The notes below the pieces were generated by a model. It did not search any database, was not told the origin of the DNA, and saw nothing but the letters and a program-made list of their open reading frames with translations. Below, piece after piece: positions 47,268-61,206 of a stretch of 64,000 nt of DNA. The stretch lies in the NCBI GenBank assembly GCA_001600815.1, contig BCKZ01000012.1:310001-374000 (forward strand), read 5' to 3'. Each line of letters starts with the position of its first letter. Position 1 is the stretch's first letter. The translations under genes and the position numbers were made by a program. This DNA is from Alloascoidea hylecoeti. Lineage: Eukaryota.

Positions 47268-49143
47268 TTATGTTTTGCTTGATATGAATTTTTTCAGACT
47301 ACCCGTACCTCCGAAACTTGATAGAGCAGTTGAAGATGATCCAGAAGCGGTAGAGCGTCCAAAGATCTGAACAGATGATGAACCTATAGGCGATGCGTTT
47401 AATCTATCACCAGATTGCCAGCCTTCAAAATCGATGAGTGCTTGCATACATCCCCACTCAGTTATTTTATTCTGGAGCCAAAGGAGGTTAACAGGTTTTG
47501 TGAGATAGTCGTTACAACCTGCGGCCAGCGCTTCTTGTCTATCACTGGCAAGAGTATTGGCCGTAAGAGCGACAATAATTACTGGAGAACGAAAGATTTT
47601 CATATTCAAAATGTCTTTTTCGTCTATTTGTTTGGTTGGTCTATTATATGAGAAGATTCCAATATTATTCAGCTTTTCCAATCTGCGTATTTCCTTGGTG
47701 GCTTCAATACCTGACATTTTAGGAAGATGAATATCCATTAACACCAAGTGAAATCCTCCTTGCCTCCATTTCTCAATTGCCTCCTCCCCTGATTTTGCAA
47801 TTCTAAAGTGAATCTTATGTTTACGTAGAAATGCACCCAAAATAGCTTGATTAATAATATTGTCCTCTACCACCAGAATGTTTATATTGGGTAGCACTTT
47901 TTCGGTTGTTGTGGTAGGTTTAAGACTTCGTCGTTCTAGAGTTAAAGAGCTGCCAGCCGAGGACCCTCGGTCTCGATCTTCTTGTATACTTGTTTCAGAA
48001 TCCTTTATCTTTCGTGAGCTGCCGTTTTTATCTGTTTCGTTTCCACTGTCACTATCACTCTCATTTTCATTTTCGTTGTCATTGTCATTGTCATTTTCGC
48101 TGTTACTGTTGCTGTTACTGTTATTTTCATTGTCATTTTCATTATCATTNTCATTTTCATTTTCATTTTCATTGTCTTCAGTATTTTTCTGGCTATTTTG
48201 GTTTCTCGGGGTTAGTGTAGCTGTACTACCTCCCATATCAGTTGTGGTGTATCGGGCGGTATCATTAATGTCATGAGAGCCATCCACCTCCGTCGTTGGT
48301 TTNGGCTTAATCTGGGAATGTTTATTAGCAGCGGCATTTTTGGAGATACTGGAGTGTTTTCCTGGGATAGCAAAATTCTTAGGAAGAAGTAGCACCGCCC
48401 CTGGCGCCTCAGTTGGGTTTGTAGCATTTGGGGTGGAAATAGATTGGTTTCGGGCGTGTTGGTGACTTACAAGAGGAACTGATCCGTGCCTTCGATTATG
48501 GAATTTCTCTACGCTTCGACGTTGCTGCTGTTGAATATCAATTAATCTGTCGTCAAAGGAAGTGGTCTGGCCTTTAGATCGCAATTTTGTATCGTGGAAA
48601 CTGTCCGGTGAAAAAGGAGTGGGTGTAAGATCTCTGGAACTGAGGTTGCGCATATCTCTTGTGTCGTTTTCATCAGGTCCTCGGTTGTGTCTTTGAGAAA
48701 ANCTCGTTTCTCTAGCAGTTGAGGTTGGTGTTTCTATGGTTAAAGCATCGGAGCTAGTCATTCCATTTGGGAAATAGGTGTCAAGGAACTTCCAGATCTC
48801 CTGGTCGGGCTCAAGCAGAAAAGAATTTTGGGAGTTCAATGAGGGAGATAGAGACCTTGTTGGAGACCTTTCTCTTCTGAATCTCTTATCATATCCCGAG
48901 GTGCCAGTTTGAAGCAACCGAAATGAAATATCTGGCGTGTCCCATGCAGCAGCTAAGGAATGAGGGTACTTACTCAAGACCATTGATTTAAGATCGTCTA
49001 GCAAGGAGAGGTTAGTATCAGCGTATTCANCGACTGGTAGACGGGCACTCACCTATTATATCGTCCCCGTTCACTAGCAACGATGTCGCAGTTCCATCTG
49101 GAGGCTGCTTGACCCATATTCTCCGTTTATTNGAAAGATCCAT
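47268..49143 (-). CDS. SSK1: Two-component response regulator Ssk1, 2 exons
   Basis: Exon 1 RRIWVKQPPDGTATSLLVNGDDII, intron 48998-49052, then DDLKSMVLSKYP; receiver domain ILVVEDNIINQ…HLVLMDIHLP…ALAAGCNDYLTKPV…WGCMQALIDF. Confidence 0.93.
48045..48180 (-). repeat. Coding hexanucleotide-like repeat (NE/ND/NS dipeptides) inside SSK1
   Basis: Runs of AATGAA/AATGAC/AACAGT encoding NENENE…NSNS…NDND. Confidence 0.8.
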
Positions 49144-49460
49144 ATCTGATATCGAAGTAAGATTTAAGAGCAGTTCAATGCTAACGTGTTTTCATCAAAT
49201 CGATTAAGATTATTTCGGACACCGCAGCAGATACTTTCAAGATTTCCTATCGGGGTGATTATCTAGGATTAATGTGGAAAGATCTTGACAAAAGATGGCT
49301 TCTAAAATAGAAAAAATAAGTAAGGGTGTGCGGTACAAAACAGTCGAAGGCTCGAAGTCTTACCAAGCAACTGAAAACTTCAATTTCGATAAATACAGAT
49401 GTACATTTACTTATGGCATTTTAAGGCATTTTGATAAAATATTATACAAATATTTGTTTA

Positions 49461-50787
49461 TTACGCCCAGTCTGGAAGTTTGGCCTCAAAGAAGAATTTA
49501 TCGTACACTGTCTGTTGCTTAGTTACAGAACTGGGGTTTTGGTATGAAAGTTTCCACGCATGCAACGCCAATTGAAAATCGTCCGCCGTTCGTTTCTTGC
49601 AAAGCGGCCGTGAGCATTCAGGGCAAACTTCTCCCGAAAAATTTTTCTTCTGGGATTCCTCAGCGATCGCAATGAGTTCGTCAAAATTCCCATTGTGTCT
49701 GCTCGTACAATTTTCGCCATACAAAGGGTCGTTCACAATAGGAAACCCCAAATCCCGCAAATGTATCCGGATCTGGTGTGTTCGTCCCGTCTTAGGGAAA
49801 CATTTCACAATACTCGTGTCTTCGGTTGCGTTGTAGGAAGCCAGTTCAAAGTCTGTGTGAGCATCCCACGGGCCTTTGATCTGTCGTTTTAGAGGGATGT
49901 GCAGAGTGATTGGTGTTTTGCAGCTCGTCTTGCTCCTAAATATTGGTTAACCCTTTCCAATTCCAATTCCAATGTTTATACTAGAAATTAGAACTTACGG
50001 AAACTTTCCTCGAACTTTCGCAAGATATTCCTTATTTGTATTCTTGCTGTTGATTAATTTTGCAAATCTCCCAGCAGCTTTATTACTCTTTGCAAACACA
50101 ATGATTCCTGACGTTAGCTTATCCAGCCTATGAATTGCTGACCCAAATAACTAATGTTAGTATATAAATGATAGATTCCAGTTAAGCTGNTAATTAAAAA
50201 TATATCACCTACGGTAAACTTCAAACTTAAGATGATACAATATGATTTTTGTAAGAGAATTGTAATAAAATGAGCCGGTAGGAGATGGATGGACAGGAAT
50301 TCCATTTGGTTTATCAATTACCAAAATTTCTTCATCTTCATACATCATCCAGGTTGTTATATCGGGTTCATTTGTTTCTGTATTCATCGGTGCGGCAATT
50401 GGTATTTCATCCTCATGACCATGTTCCGTTCTACATAGTATATCTCCATTTTGAATTGTAGTTTCCATTAACTCGGGTCCTTTATAAGTTACCTCAGGTA
50501 TTGATTTCGAAGTACCTCTATTTCGTATAATAGATATTTTACCATCATCAATATCTTTAAGCTGTATCTTTTGTTAGATAATCAAATTTATTACTATCAA
50601 TTGTCATTGAAATAAACCACTCTGCCGCGCTACTTACCAGCTGCTTCATAGGAAGCTGTTTGAATTCTGAGAGAACATCAAGAATGGGTCGATTTAACCA
50701 TCTCTGTTTAGCAAATGTTGTACGAGTTATATAATAAGGAACAACAGTTCTTATTCCAGAAGAGTATACATAAGTAGGTACTGTCAT
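49461..50787 (-). CDS. PUS9: RluA-family tRNA pseudouridine synthase (Pus9/Rib2-like, no deaminase domain), multi-exon
   Basis: VPYY…TFAKQRWLNR, ILVIDKPNGIPVHP, HRLDKLTSG (about 50110-50135), PKTGRTHQIRIHL..LGFPIVNDPLY, LALHAW; several short introns. Confidence 0.8.
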
Positions 50788-51113
50788 TTCTTTAAATTTT
50801 GCAATTGAGATGTTGGTCTTCCAAATTAAAGTAGCATTTATATTACTTGCGAATTAATCTACAATTCATAAACTCTTACAATCTTGACTGTTTTTTAAAA
50901 GATTATAATTAACTAACTTATTGTAATGTCGATTGGGTTTAAAAAGTTTTGTTGAAAGCTGTATTGTATGATGTAAGCACAATTTTGGAATTTGGCGGAA
51001 GTTCCCATATTGTCTAATACATGTATAACCTTCCATAATTATTAAAACTAGATATAAGGCTTAGATCATTTAAATATCTTGTTTGCTAAGAAGAGTTTTA
51101 TTCTACACCAAAT

Positions 51114-52727
51114 ATGCCAGTTTCGGAAGAAAATGAACAACCTACTCCACTAAGAGCAGGAATAACTAGTAGCCATCAAAACGACGAAGAACAGCCTTTA
51201 TTAAATAGCACACACAACTTTCAATACGTCCCGAACAACACAAGCCTCCAAGAATATGATTCGGTTCCACAAGGAAGATATTTGGATCTCAAGTCAACGA
51301 CTCTGTTATTTCTATGCAGAATAATTGGATCCGGGATCTTTGCAACACCAGGTGGAATATTTCGTGACGTTGATAGCTCACCTTTGGCATTCCTTCTTGT
51401 GTGGGTGATAGCTGCATTAGTAGCAATCAGTGGTTTATCCGTCTATCTAGAATTAGGATCTCTGATCCCCAGAAGTGGTGCAACAAAAGTTTTCCTGGAA
51501 TACATATATTATAAACCAAAACTATTTGCNTCCGTAACATTTTCAATATTTCAGGTATTATTCGATATCTCTTCAACAAATGCAATTGTATTTGGTGAAT
51601 ATTCTTTACATGCATTGGGATATCCACCAAATGAGGATATATCTAGAAGAATCGGTGTTGGATTAATTGGAGCAGCTGTATTATTTCATAGTATCTCAGT
51701 AAAATTCGGAGTACGAGTTCAAAATTGTTTTGGAATATTAAAGACTTGCTTACTTATTATAATCTTAGCTACAGGATTTTATGTTACTCTACTCCCTAGA
51801 TCTCTCACTGGAATTAAAAATCANTTGACCAAAAAGTCATTAACCAAACTTCCTACTAATGCTTCTCCTTCACTTATTGCCTCTGCTACGCTTAGAGCAA
51901 TACATTCCTTTGGCGGCTGGACCACAGCTCATACTGTTCAAAATGAAATTAAAGATCCAATAAGAACCCTCAGATTAGCCGGCCCTGCTTCTCTTCTAAT
52001 CGTTATTATATCATATATGACTTTGAATTTATCCTATTTAATAGTTATACCACATGACCAAATAGCACACGGCGGACAATTAGTAGGAAGCATATTATTT
52101 GAAAAACTCTTGGGTAATGAACTTGGTAATCGTTTTTTAACCTTCTCAATTGCTGTTTGTGCAGCAGGAAATGTAATTCAAGTAGCTTATTCTGTATCAC
52201 GAATGAATCAAGAAATTGCTAGAGAGGGAATTCTTCCATTTTCAAAATTCTGGGCTTCAAATTATCCATTTGGTGCTCCATTTGCTGCATTACTTCTTCA
52301 TTTCATTTTTAGTTCATTTATTATACTGGTTGTCCCGCGTGGAGATGTTTATAATTACATTGTCAGCATGCAAATTTACCCAAATCAATTGTTTCACGTT
52401 TTGCTTTGTGTTGGTATATTTATTTTAAGAAGGAGGTATCCAAGCATAAAAGCGCCAATAAGGGCTTGGACTGTTGTGGTTCTATTTTGTTTAGTAGCAT
52501 CATCTTTGATCGTATTAGCTCCATTTTTGCCCCAGAACAGTCAGAACGATAAAAATGGTTATCCTTCTTATGCTGTCGGTGGTTTATCAGTGCTTGCGTT
52601 TGGCATGCTTTATTGGTTTATCTTTGTGGAGTTTTTACCTTGGCTACAAAGTTCTCATGTCGAACGAGTTCCTGAGATGCTCGAAGATGGTTTAGTAGTT
52701 AAACGCTGGGTAAAAGTTGTAAATTAA
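51114..52727 (+). CDS. APC/LAT-family amino-acid permease (Mup1/Mup3-like)
   Basis: RIIGSGIFATPG, YLELGSLIPRSGATKVFLE, NEIKDPIRTL, SRMNQEIAREGILPF. Confidence 0.88.
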   Translation: MPVSEENEQPTPLRAGITSSHQNDEEQPLLNSTHNFQYVPNNTSLQEYDSVPQGRYLDLKSTTLLFLCRIIGSGIFATPGGIFRDVDSSPLAFLLVWVIAALVAISGLSVYLELGSLIPRSGATKVFLEYIYYKPKLFXSVTFSIFQVLFDISSTNAIVFGEYSLHALGYPPNEDISRRIGVGLIGAAVLFHSISVKFGVRVQNCFGILKTCLLIIILATGFYVTLLPRSLTGIKNXLTKKSLTKLPTNASPSLIASATLRAIHSFGGWTTAHTVQNEIKDPIRTLRLAGPASLLIVIISYMTLNLSYLIVIPHDQIAHGGQLVGSILFEKLLGNELGNRFLTFSIAVCAAGNVIQVAYSVSRMNQEIAREGILPFSKFWASNYPFGAPFAALLLHFIFSSFIILVVPRGDVYNYIVSMQIYPNQLFHVLLCVGIFILRRRYPSIKAPIRAWTVVVLFCLVASSLIVLAPFLPQNSQNDKNGYPSYAVGGLSVLAFGMLYWFIFVEFLPWLQSSHVERVPEMLEDGLVVKRWVKVVN

Positions 52728-52846
52728 ATAGAAATTTGTTACATATAGCTATAGATTCTAAAGCTTATTTCTAAAACATTTGAATTAACATATAATTATA
52801 TAATTATAACAAAATTTGGTATCGGAACTATAAAAATACATTTGCA

Positions 52847-55800
52847 TTACATTACACTAACAACAGAGGTGCCGTCCTGGAACCTTGCTCTGAATACTTT
52901 ATTTGCATTAGAGAAGAAACCTTCCTTTAAGCTGACAACAATAAATTGTGAGCCTTTAAATCTGGTCTTGATAATATGACCAATATTTTGGGTATGACTT
53001 AAATCAAGAGCAGCATCAACTTCATCTAGAATATACATTGGAGCTGGCTTGAACTGTAAAAGAGCCAATATTAATGATAAAGCAATTAAAGATCTTTGTC
53101 CACCACTAAGTTCCACAAGACTTTCTTTCCAAACTTTACCAAGCATTACTTTAACTTCAAGACCTTCCGTGACATCCATCCCTTCAGGAGGAACCAATTT
53201 GGCGAAACTTCCTGGAAGCAGATCAGCAAAAATGTTACCAAAGTCTTTTGACACTTTTTCCCACGTTTTCATCAATGTTTTCCGCTTGTAATCATTAAGT
53301 GTTTCTATGGTTTCTTCTATCTTCTTCTTATCCTTCTCAATTGTTCGGATCATACCCTTTAAAGAAANTTCTTTCTTCTCGACATTGTCAATCATATTCA
53401 TTACCTTTGGATTTACTTTCCTTTTCATACCTTGAAATTGGTCAGATAATTGATGGTACCTACTTCTGCAATCGTCTAAATTGATATTAGGATGCGATTC
53501 AATAACATTTGAAACAGATTGTTCGTCTGAAAGCCATTCATTATTAGAGATCAATGCCTCAACCCGTTTATTTAACGATTCTGTCTCATCTTTCTTTTTA
53601 CTAACTTCATGGCGTAACTTTTGTGATTCCAATTTCTTTTCGTTCATAAGATTTTCCTTCTTTGATAATAAAGTTTCCAATTCCTTTAACTCTGAATTGA
53701 TTCCCAACAATTTGGATCTTTCCTCTTCAAGCAAGGTATGAACTTCAACTTCTTTATTATGAATTTGTTGTAATCTTTGAGTACGCTCCTTGCATTCTTC
53801 TGCTAATTCTGTAATCGAAGCGGTTATTTCTTCAAGTTTTTCTTTAGCAGCTGATAAATCACCTCCTAAACTCTCCCATTCAATCTGTAAAGTTTGATAT
53901 TCAACTTGTTTTTGGCTTGCAAATTTAGTGGCCTTACTGATATGTTTTTCTAATTGTTCAACTTCTTTCTGTAATTCCTTTAGTTTTTTTCCTTTATCAC
54001 TATTAAGTTCATTCATATCTTGCTCAATTTTTTGAATGCTTTGTTGGCAATTCTTGAAAACTTCTTGTTGTTCTGAAATTTGCTTTTGAAGTTGTTCAAT
54101 GTTTTCTANCCTTTCTCCATACTTCTTTAAAATACTAGCTGAAGGGCTTTTTTCTAAAGTTTGTTCGGCTAATTTTATCGAGTGAGCTGTGAGATCAAAT
54201 TCTTGTTGTAAAGCTTTCATTTTTTCAGCAAGAACTATTTCTTCTTCTATCTCATAAGCTAAAGCTTTGAGTTGTTGTTTCAATTTTTGATGCTCGCTAT
54301 TGATTTGATTTAATTCTTGAAGTGTAACAAGTACACCGCTAGATTGAGGCTTACTACCACCAGATAGTGTACCTGAGGGGTCATAATAATCACCTTCGAC
54401 AGTTACACTTGGAAGTCTAACATTAGGATTAAATGTGACTTTTTTAGCGGTTTCTGAATCTGCACAAATTAAAGTACGACCAAAAATAAATTGCATAGCA
54501 GATGAGACATCTTCATTAAAAACAATCAAATTTAGCGCTGACTCGACATTATTACCACCAATCATTTTTGCATTTTTAACAGCTTCTTTTGCATTAGAGG
54601 TGACAATTTTATCCAAAGGAATAATTGTCACTCTCTTCTTTAGGTTACCATGCTGTAAAATCTTAGAAGCATTAGAAGCTGTATCAATCACAATATTAAA
54701 TAATCTTCCACCAGCACACACTTCTAAAGCGGTTGCAAATGGATAGTTTTTTTCCTCCAACCCAAATAGTTGAGCGGCAACACCTTTAACGGACGACGAA
54801 TCAAAGTTTGGAGCTGGTTTAGAATAAGTGAAGTCAAGGTTAGAAACTCGTCTCTTAAGATTATCTGCTTGATGTTCTAAATCACGAATTTGATTTTCAA
54901 GTTTTACGTATTCTTTCTTTAATTCAGGTAATCTTTTAGAATTGAATCCCGAACTTTCCAATTGTTTTTCTAATTTCGAATGCTTAACCTTTAACGTTTC
55001 AATTTCTCGAATTGTTGCTTGGTTTTCTTTTTCTGATTTTTTAATCTTTGGTTTATCTTTCTCAATTTCACTTCTAAGATACTCGGATTTCATCCTAGCT
55101 TGTTCTTCTGAAACCTTAGCTTGAGAAGCTTTACCTTTTTGTTCTTCTAGTTGTGCCATATACCCACCATTTGTAGCACCAGAAGATGAAATACCAGTTT
55201 TTAATAAATTTAAAAGCTCTTCCTTTCGGGAATGCTCTTCTTTCATTTCAGTCAACGCACTTTTGCTATCGTTGTATTGTTTTTCTGATTTTTCGTATAT
55301 ATTCAACTTTTCAGCAATATCTTTTTCTAATTTAGCGATGGTTGCAATAGAACTTGCTTCCTGTGATTTAGCCTCGTCAATACTTGTCTTTCTAAGTTCT
55401 AATGTTGTAGTTAATCTCGCACTTTCGTTTGCTAATTCAGTTTCGCGATTTTCAAGAGCTTGCATTTTACCACCTTTTTTTAATTCTTTCTCTTTTTCAG
55501 CTTTCGCTTTCTCAAGATCCTCTTTCAGATTTGTAATTTCTGTGTTAAATTTATTNACTTCANTCTCTAACGATACTAAAAGATCTTGTTTTGCTGTGAA
55601 GTTTTCATTGAACTTGCTAAGTGTTTGATAAGCATTATAATAATCATGGGCAGCGATAATTCTAGACAATTGCTCCAAATCAGATTGGGTTTTTTGAAAT
55701 TCAATAAAGACTCGTTTTTCGCTTCTCAATTTATCCAACTTTGGTTCTATTTCTTCCTCTAATAAAGTTCTAATTTCTGTTAACTTGGTTTCCTTTTTAG

Positions 55801-56414
55801 TCATTGTTTTCTTAGCCTTTTCTTTACGATCTTCAAACATTCTAGTTCCTGCTGCTTCTTCGATAAGGCCCAAAATTTGGCTTGGCTTCATATTAAGAAC
55901 TTGGGTGATTTTACCTTGCATAATCAAGAAATTCGGATTGTTAATATTAAGTTGAACAGATTGGAATAAATGAAGAACAGTTTGCTGCTGGGCACGATGA
56001 CCATTGATTAAGTATTTACTAGTACCACCCATTAGAACCTAATAAAACAAGTTAGATGCTTTCAAAAGGGGGTTGATTTGAGATATTATACATTACCTGT
56101 CTTGTAATACTGATCTTTGGATATTGTTCAAATCCAATCGGACTTGTCTTCTTCTCACTGTTATCAAAGACAATGGTTACACTGGCCTTTGTGACACCAG
56201 CTTGTCCTCGTTTATAGATCAGATCCTGTAAACTTTGAGCTCTCACCAAACTCATTGATGTTATCCCTAAAACGAAACAGATTGCATCCAGAATATTTGA
56301 TTTTCCAGATCCATTGAGGCCTGTGATGGCATTGAACTGACTATCCCATCCAGAGATGACTGTTCGAGTGGCATAAGATTTGAAGCCGTCTATAATAAGT
56401 TCTTCGACTTTCAT
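52847..56414 (-). CDS. SMC2: Condensin subunit Smc2, 2 exons
   Basis: [15 protein letters not shown]…[13 protein letters not shown]alker A; intron about 56039-56096; [22 protein letters not shown]. Confidence 0.97.
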
Positions 56415-56594
56415 TTAGAGATCTGGTTAAACGAAAAGACAAAAGAAAAGGTGTTTACTAAAATCTGATCTGGTTGTCCAGGAAACCCCAACTCCAGTCA
56501 CCTGACCATGATCTTCATCACGTGTCGATGATGAAGCATACATATTCCGATATAATGGTATTCCGTAAATATATTGCAAGTGTGAACTACCATA

Positions 56595-58401
56595 ATGCTA
56601 CCGGTACCGTCAGATATGTCCACCTTGAACGTTGTTGCTTACCTGTTCTATTGTTTTTTCACCATTTCCTTTATCGTCTTTCTGAGTGCCACACAAGCTT
56701 TCTATTTGACAGACATCCTGGGAATATCCCACAAAATTGTAGGCATATATATAACCTTCATTTCATTTAAAAATATCATCATTTAACTGTATTCTAGGGA
56801 AACTATGTTGGGACTCTGGGGTTTGCGGATGAGGTATTAACAATTGCAGTGAGCCCTTTAGTTGGAACGTTAAGTGATAAAATTGGCACAAGACCTGTAA
56901 GTTCTATCGATATGCGCGTTGTTATTGAATGTTGTATTAACAGTTATTTTACAAATAGGTCTCGTTCTTTGGAGCCTTGGTTATTGGTATCAGTATAATG
57001 GCTTACACTACTGGCAAAAATGTATATCCGGATTTATTGTGCCTTAGATTGTTCTTCGCTTTAGGAGCCTGCACTTCGTAAGTCTCAATATTTCTCCACG
57101 CTTATTAATACCCTGATAATTAATGAATTGATTTCAAATTCAGAACCGCTATGATGACTGCGACATTAGCAGAGATTACCCATTCAGACTTCAGTTGGAG
57201 TTCTTTACTTTCTAAGATTTCAGCAAGATACGAAAGGATTAATGAAGGTGAAAGCGAAGAAGCTTCACTTGTTCTGGATAATCAAGATTCTGCAACTACT
57301 TCAAATAATGGAACTGCAGCAATGGTTGGAGTTTCCAGTGGGTTGGGTGCTATTTTTGCTGTTAGTGTTTTTCTTCCTTTACCAGCATATCTAGACAAGA
57401 ATGGTGATAATTCATCGGTTGCTTTGAAGAATTCATATCTAATTGTTGGTGGAATTGCAATTGGAATAAGTTTCTTTTGGCTATTGCTGTTAAAGAATGA
57501 TCCTACTAAAAGTTTTTTATGTTGGCTTAAAGGTGATTCTAAACAGTTAAACGATAATATTGATGATGTTGATGATGAATTAAGTCCACCATCTATAGTA
57601 GCAGCTGATTCTCATAATTATAACTATATATCCCTTTTAAAACATGGGTTCACTGCAGCAAAGGAAGATGAGAAGATTCTTCTCAGTTATATTGCAAGTT
57701 TTGTTGCAAGATCTAACAACGTTACAGTATCTGTGGTAAGCTATTCAATTCTGCCCTATCCCAACCATGTTTAAACCTTTACTAATTTATCAATCTTTTA
57801 GTTTATACCATTATACGTAAATCTCTACTTTTATAAAAACGGTCTCTGTAATGTTGAAGTTCACGATCCTGCGTCCGAAATAAAGAAAGGTTGTCATGAT
57901 GCTTATGTCCTTGCAGCGATCATTACTGGTATTTTGCAAACAGTATCATTATTCTTCGCTCCTTTCTGGGGTTGGTTTGGTTCTAGGTATGGAAAACACA
58001 ACACCTTACTAATTTCATCCCTCTCTGGTTTCATTGGCTCGTTTGGCCTTGCTTTTGTTTCGGATCCACATAAACCAGCAGCCTTTGTAATGGCTATATT
58101 TATTGGAATAGGTCAAATTGGTGTAATTATTAGTTCAATGCAGCTTTGCACTTATAAAAAGCAACCATTTAGTGGAGCGATAGCTGGGGTTTATACTTTA
58201 TCTGGAGGATTTGGTATATTGATAATTACAAAGGTTGGCGGGTATCTTTCAGATCTATGGATAGGGTTTGCTTTCTTGATTTTGGCTACATTTAATATTA
58301 TCCTGTTCTTTTCAACCTTAAGTTTATCAGGTAAACTACAAAATAGTTGGAATTTTATCAAATTTAAAGGCACTCCGGGGGAGATTACTTTGGTAGATTA
58401 A
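56595..58401 (+). CDS. MFS transporter, multi-exon
   Basis: FIVFLSATQAFYL…GNYVGTLGFADE…GTLSDKIGTRP…AIAGVYTLSGGFGILIITKVGGYLSD; four putative short introns. Confidence 0.8.
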
Positions 58402-58682
58402 TACAGTATTAGCTTCAGGAATAATGGATTTGACATTGGTAGGGTATTGATAAGGTTATAGGTTTACATTTTATATATTATACAATTAATATATAAGGAC
58501 ATTAATATACAAATTTGGCTCTTAGATATACTCATCCTATTATTATAACGTGTATTCCTCTTGAAATGATTCAGAGTCAAAAAAGTGTAAACTAGCGCAT
58601 GATGATTAGGATTATCCGTTATATTTTCTTTATATAGACATACAAAACTTTTACAATTCTATTAAAAATGAAATTGCTTCGT

Positions 58683-59529
58683 TTAATCCTTAGTTTTCTG
58701 TGTACCTCTGAGTAAACCAGTTCTTCTAGCAGCAATGAGACCAGCTTTTTGACCTGGAACAGCACCTCTGCTAATAGTAGAAGCTTTACCAATATGTTGA
58801 TGGTTACCACCACCATGAGGATGGTCAACTGGATTCATAGCAACACCACGAGTCTTGGGCCATGAGTTTCTCTTAACTCTATATTTGTGGAATGCACGAC
58901 CAGCTTTTAACAATGGTTTATCAATACGACCACCACCAGCAACAACACCGATAACACCTCTTGCGCTCGATGAAACAATCTTCTTAGCACCTGATGGAAG
59001 TTTAACTCTTGTCTTACCTTCATCTAAGTTATGTCCAATGACTGTGACATAGTTACCAGATGTCCTACCGAGGGCACCACGATCACCAGCTCTCTCTTCA
59101 ACATTTGTAAGAATGGTACCTTCTGGAACGGCACCTAAAGGTAAAACATTACCAATGTTTAATGAAGCCTTCTTACCAGCGTAGATAAATTGACCAGTGT
59201 AAACACCTTCGTTGGCGATGAAGGTTTCTTCTCTAAGTTTATACTTATAAGGATCACGGAAAACGACCTTAGCAAGTGGTGCACCTCTACCAGNGTCATG
59301 GACAATTTGTTTTACAACTCCACGGATATAACCATGACGTTCAGCATAATCAAGACTTCTTAATTGAGCAGCACCTTTTCTAAGCCTGGTGTGCGAGGTG
59401 AAGATTGAGCCAGCACCTTTTCTTTGATTTCTAATAACACGACCTAAATAAATGAAAATAAATTGGCATTAATTAGTCGTCTATTCTTAAACAATACGTA
59501 TTCTGGATATTTGTCGTTTACTCACCCAT
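58683..59529 (-). CDS. RPL2: 60S ribosomal protein uL2, intron after ATGG
   Basis: [20 protein letters not shown]…[25 protein letters not shown]. Confidence 0.98.
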
Positions 59530-59782
59530 TATTAAACTGGTTGTTGTTGATGCTGAATATTCAATAAAAGAGTTGAATATTGATTATTGGAAGGTTGCAA
59601 CCCATTTCCGTATCGGGCAATCATGATATATTATACACTTATAAAAGGGTTTAGCCCTATGTGAGATACAACATTACATACAGACAAACAATTAAACAAA
59701 AACACTGTGTTTATAAATTAATATGTTTATTTAATCAGTATAAAATTCCACTATTTCCCATGGCTCCTGTAGCTCAACTTGA

Positions 59783-61206
59783 TTATAACTTAGCTCCTTG
59801 ACTCGGATTTTCTGCCTGGGGTTCCTGTGAAGTTTCTAAAGGCTTTTCTGTCTTGGGTTCTGCAGCTATAGCTGGCTCATTCTTCCCTAAAGGATTTGAT
59901 TGGACCTTGGCATCTGTCGTATTTTTCTTTTCCTCTTTGTTTTCCATGGTAGCAGTTTTCACACCAGATGGTTCCTTGCCCACCTTATCCGATTCTTTCA
60001 CGGATTTCTTGGTAGATTTTGGCTCCTTTTTAGTTATTATTCCAGTCTTGACATCAATAACTTCAGTCGGATCGAACCCTTTGGAGTCATATGCTGCTCT
60101 TACCAATAATGGCCTAGTACTATTTTCTAATTTCTTTTTATCCAAATCTTTGATGACTTTAGCCTGCTGCTCCTTTCCTTCAAATTGAACCAAAAGACAT
60201 AATTTAGAAGGCCTAAAATAATGACGTTTTCCCTTTATGATTTCAGGTCTTAATATCTTTATCAACAATGGATCATAAGGCTTGAGTAATTCTTCTATCT
60301 ATCAATATTGTAATTAGTGAATGTTTCATAGCAAATTTATTCGTTTTAAAATTCATACATCTTTTGTACCCATTTTAGGATGGAAACCTTGAATGAAAAC
60401 TGTATCTTCCGTCAATTTAGGATCAACTACCTGCTTAATTTTGGATAACGCACGTCGACCTTTTGTGGTATTGTTTCTCTTTTGTTGGCTATTATTTAAC
60501 TCAGGTGGAGTAGCAATTTTAGTATCAATTGGATTAGATGATGCCTTATTGACATCCCCTTCATTTTCTTTAGGCCCATCTGTCTTAACGTCTGTATCAT
60601 TAGACTTATCCTACTCCATGTAAATGTTAATTATCACACATTTCAAAGAATCATTATTTTCAATTTTTAGCACATACAATACTTTTTTTACTTTCATTTC
60701 TTTCCTTTGAATTTCTTCGGTAGTGAGGTCTTCTCAATTTACCAACCCTTGTCTTTCGAGGATGAGTAGTAGGCTCTGCCACCTTCAATATGACTTCCTT
60801 ATCATTCAATTTTGTTCCACTAAGCTCTTCAATTGCCATGGCAGCTTCCTCAGCGGTTTCAAAATCTGCAAACGCGATACCGAATGGCTTTTTTGATTTT
60901 CCATTTAAGCCTCTTACTGTTTTGGTAGGAATCAAGACATCAGTACTAAACAATGAAGTTAATATATGGGCGCTTAACTTTACTAATTATAAATCAACAA
61001 TCATACACTTTGCGACCCTTAAAAAACTCTTTCAATACACCTTCACTAACATCTTTTCTGATATTTCTGATATAAACACGCTTCGGGTTGATTTCTACTT
61101 TGGGTGGTGCTTCAACAGGTACTGTATCATTGCCAGCATTCTTATCTGTTTCTTTAAGAGGTGATGCGACCATAACAGCCTTAGTGGCTTCAACAAAAGT
61201 AGTCAT
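59783..61206 (-). CDS. RRT5: RRM protein, Rrt5-like, multi-exon
   Basis: KRVYIRNI…LKEFF|VLIPTKTVRGL…PFGIAFADFETAEEA…LNDKEVIL; a second RRM-like segment begins EDTVFIQG. Confidence 0.7.

Noticed and set aside
47860..48276. Antisense ORFs rich in S/F/L or H/C/F
   Set aside because: Shadow frames of the NE/ND repeat in SSK1; the same applies to other short ORFs overlapping real genes
15129..56414. CUG codon reassignment (Ser or Ala)
   Set aside because: CTG encodes conserved Leu in RBG2 (FTTLT) and SMC2 (SNILDA, QDLIY), consistent with the standard code
32028..56414. Functional condensin gene cluster (SMC4 + SMC2)
   Set aside because: They are 18 kb apart with many unrelated genes between, and the SMC4 copy is truncated; proximity alone is not evidence
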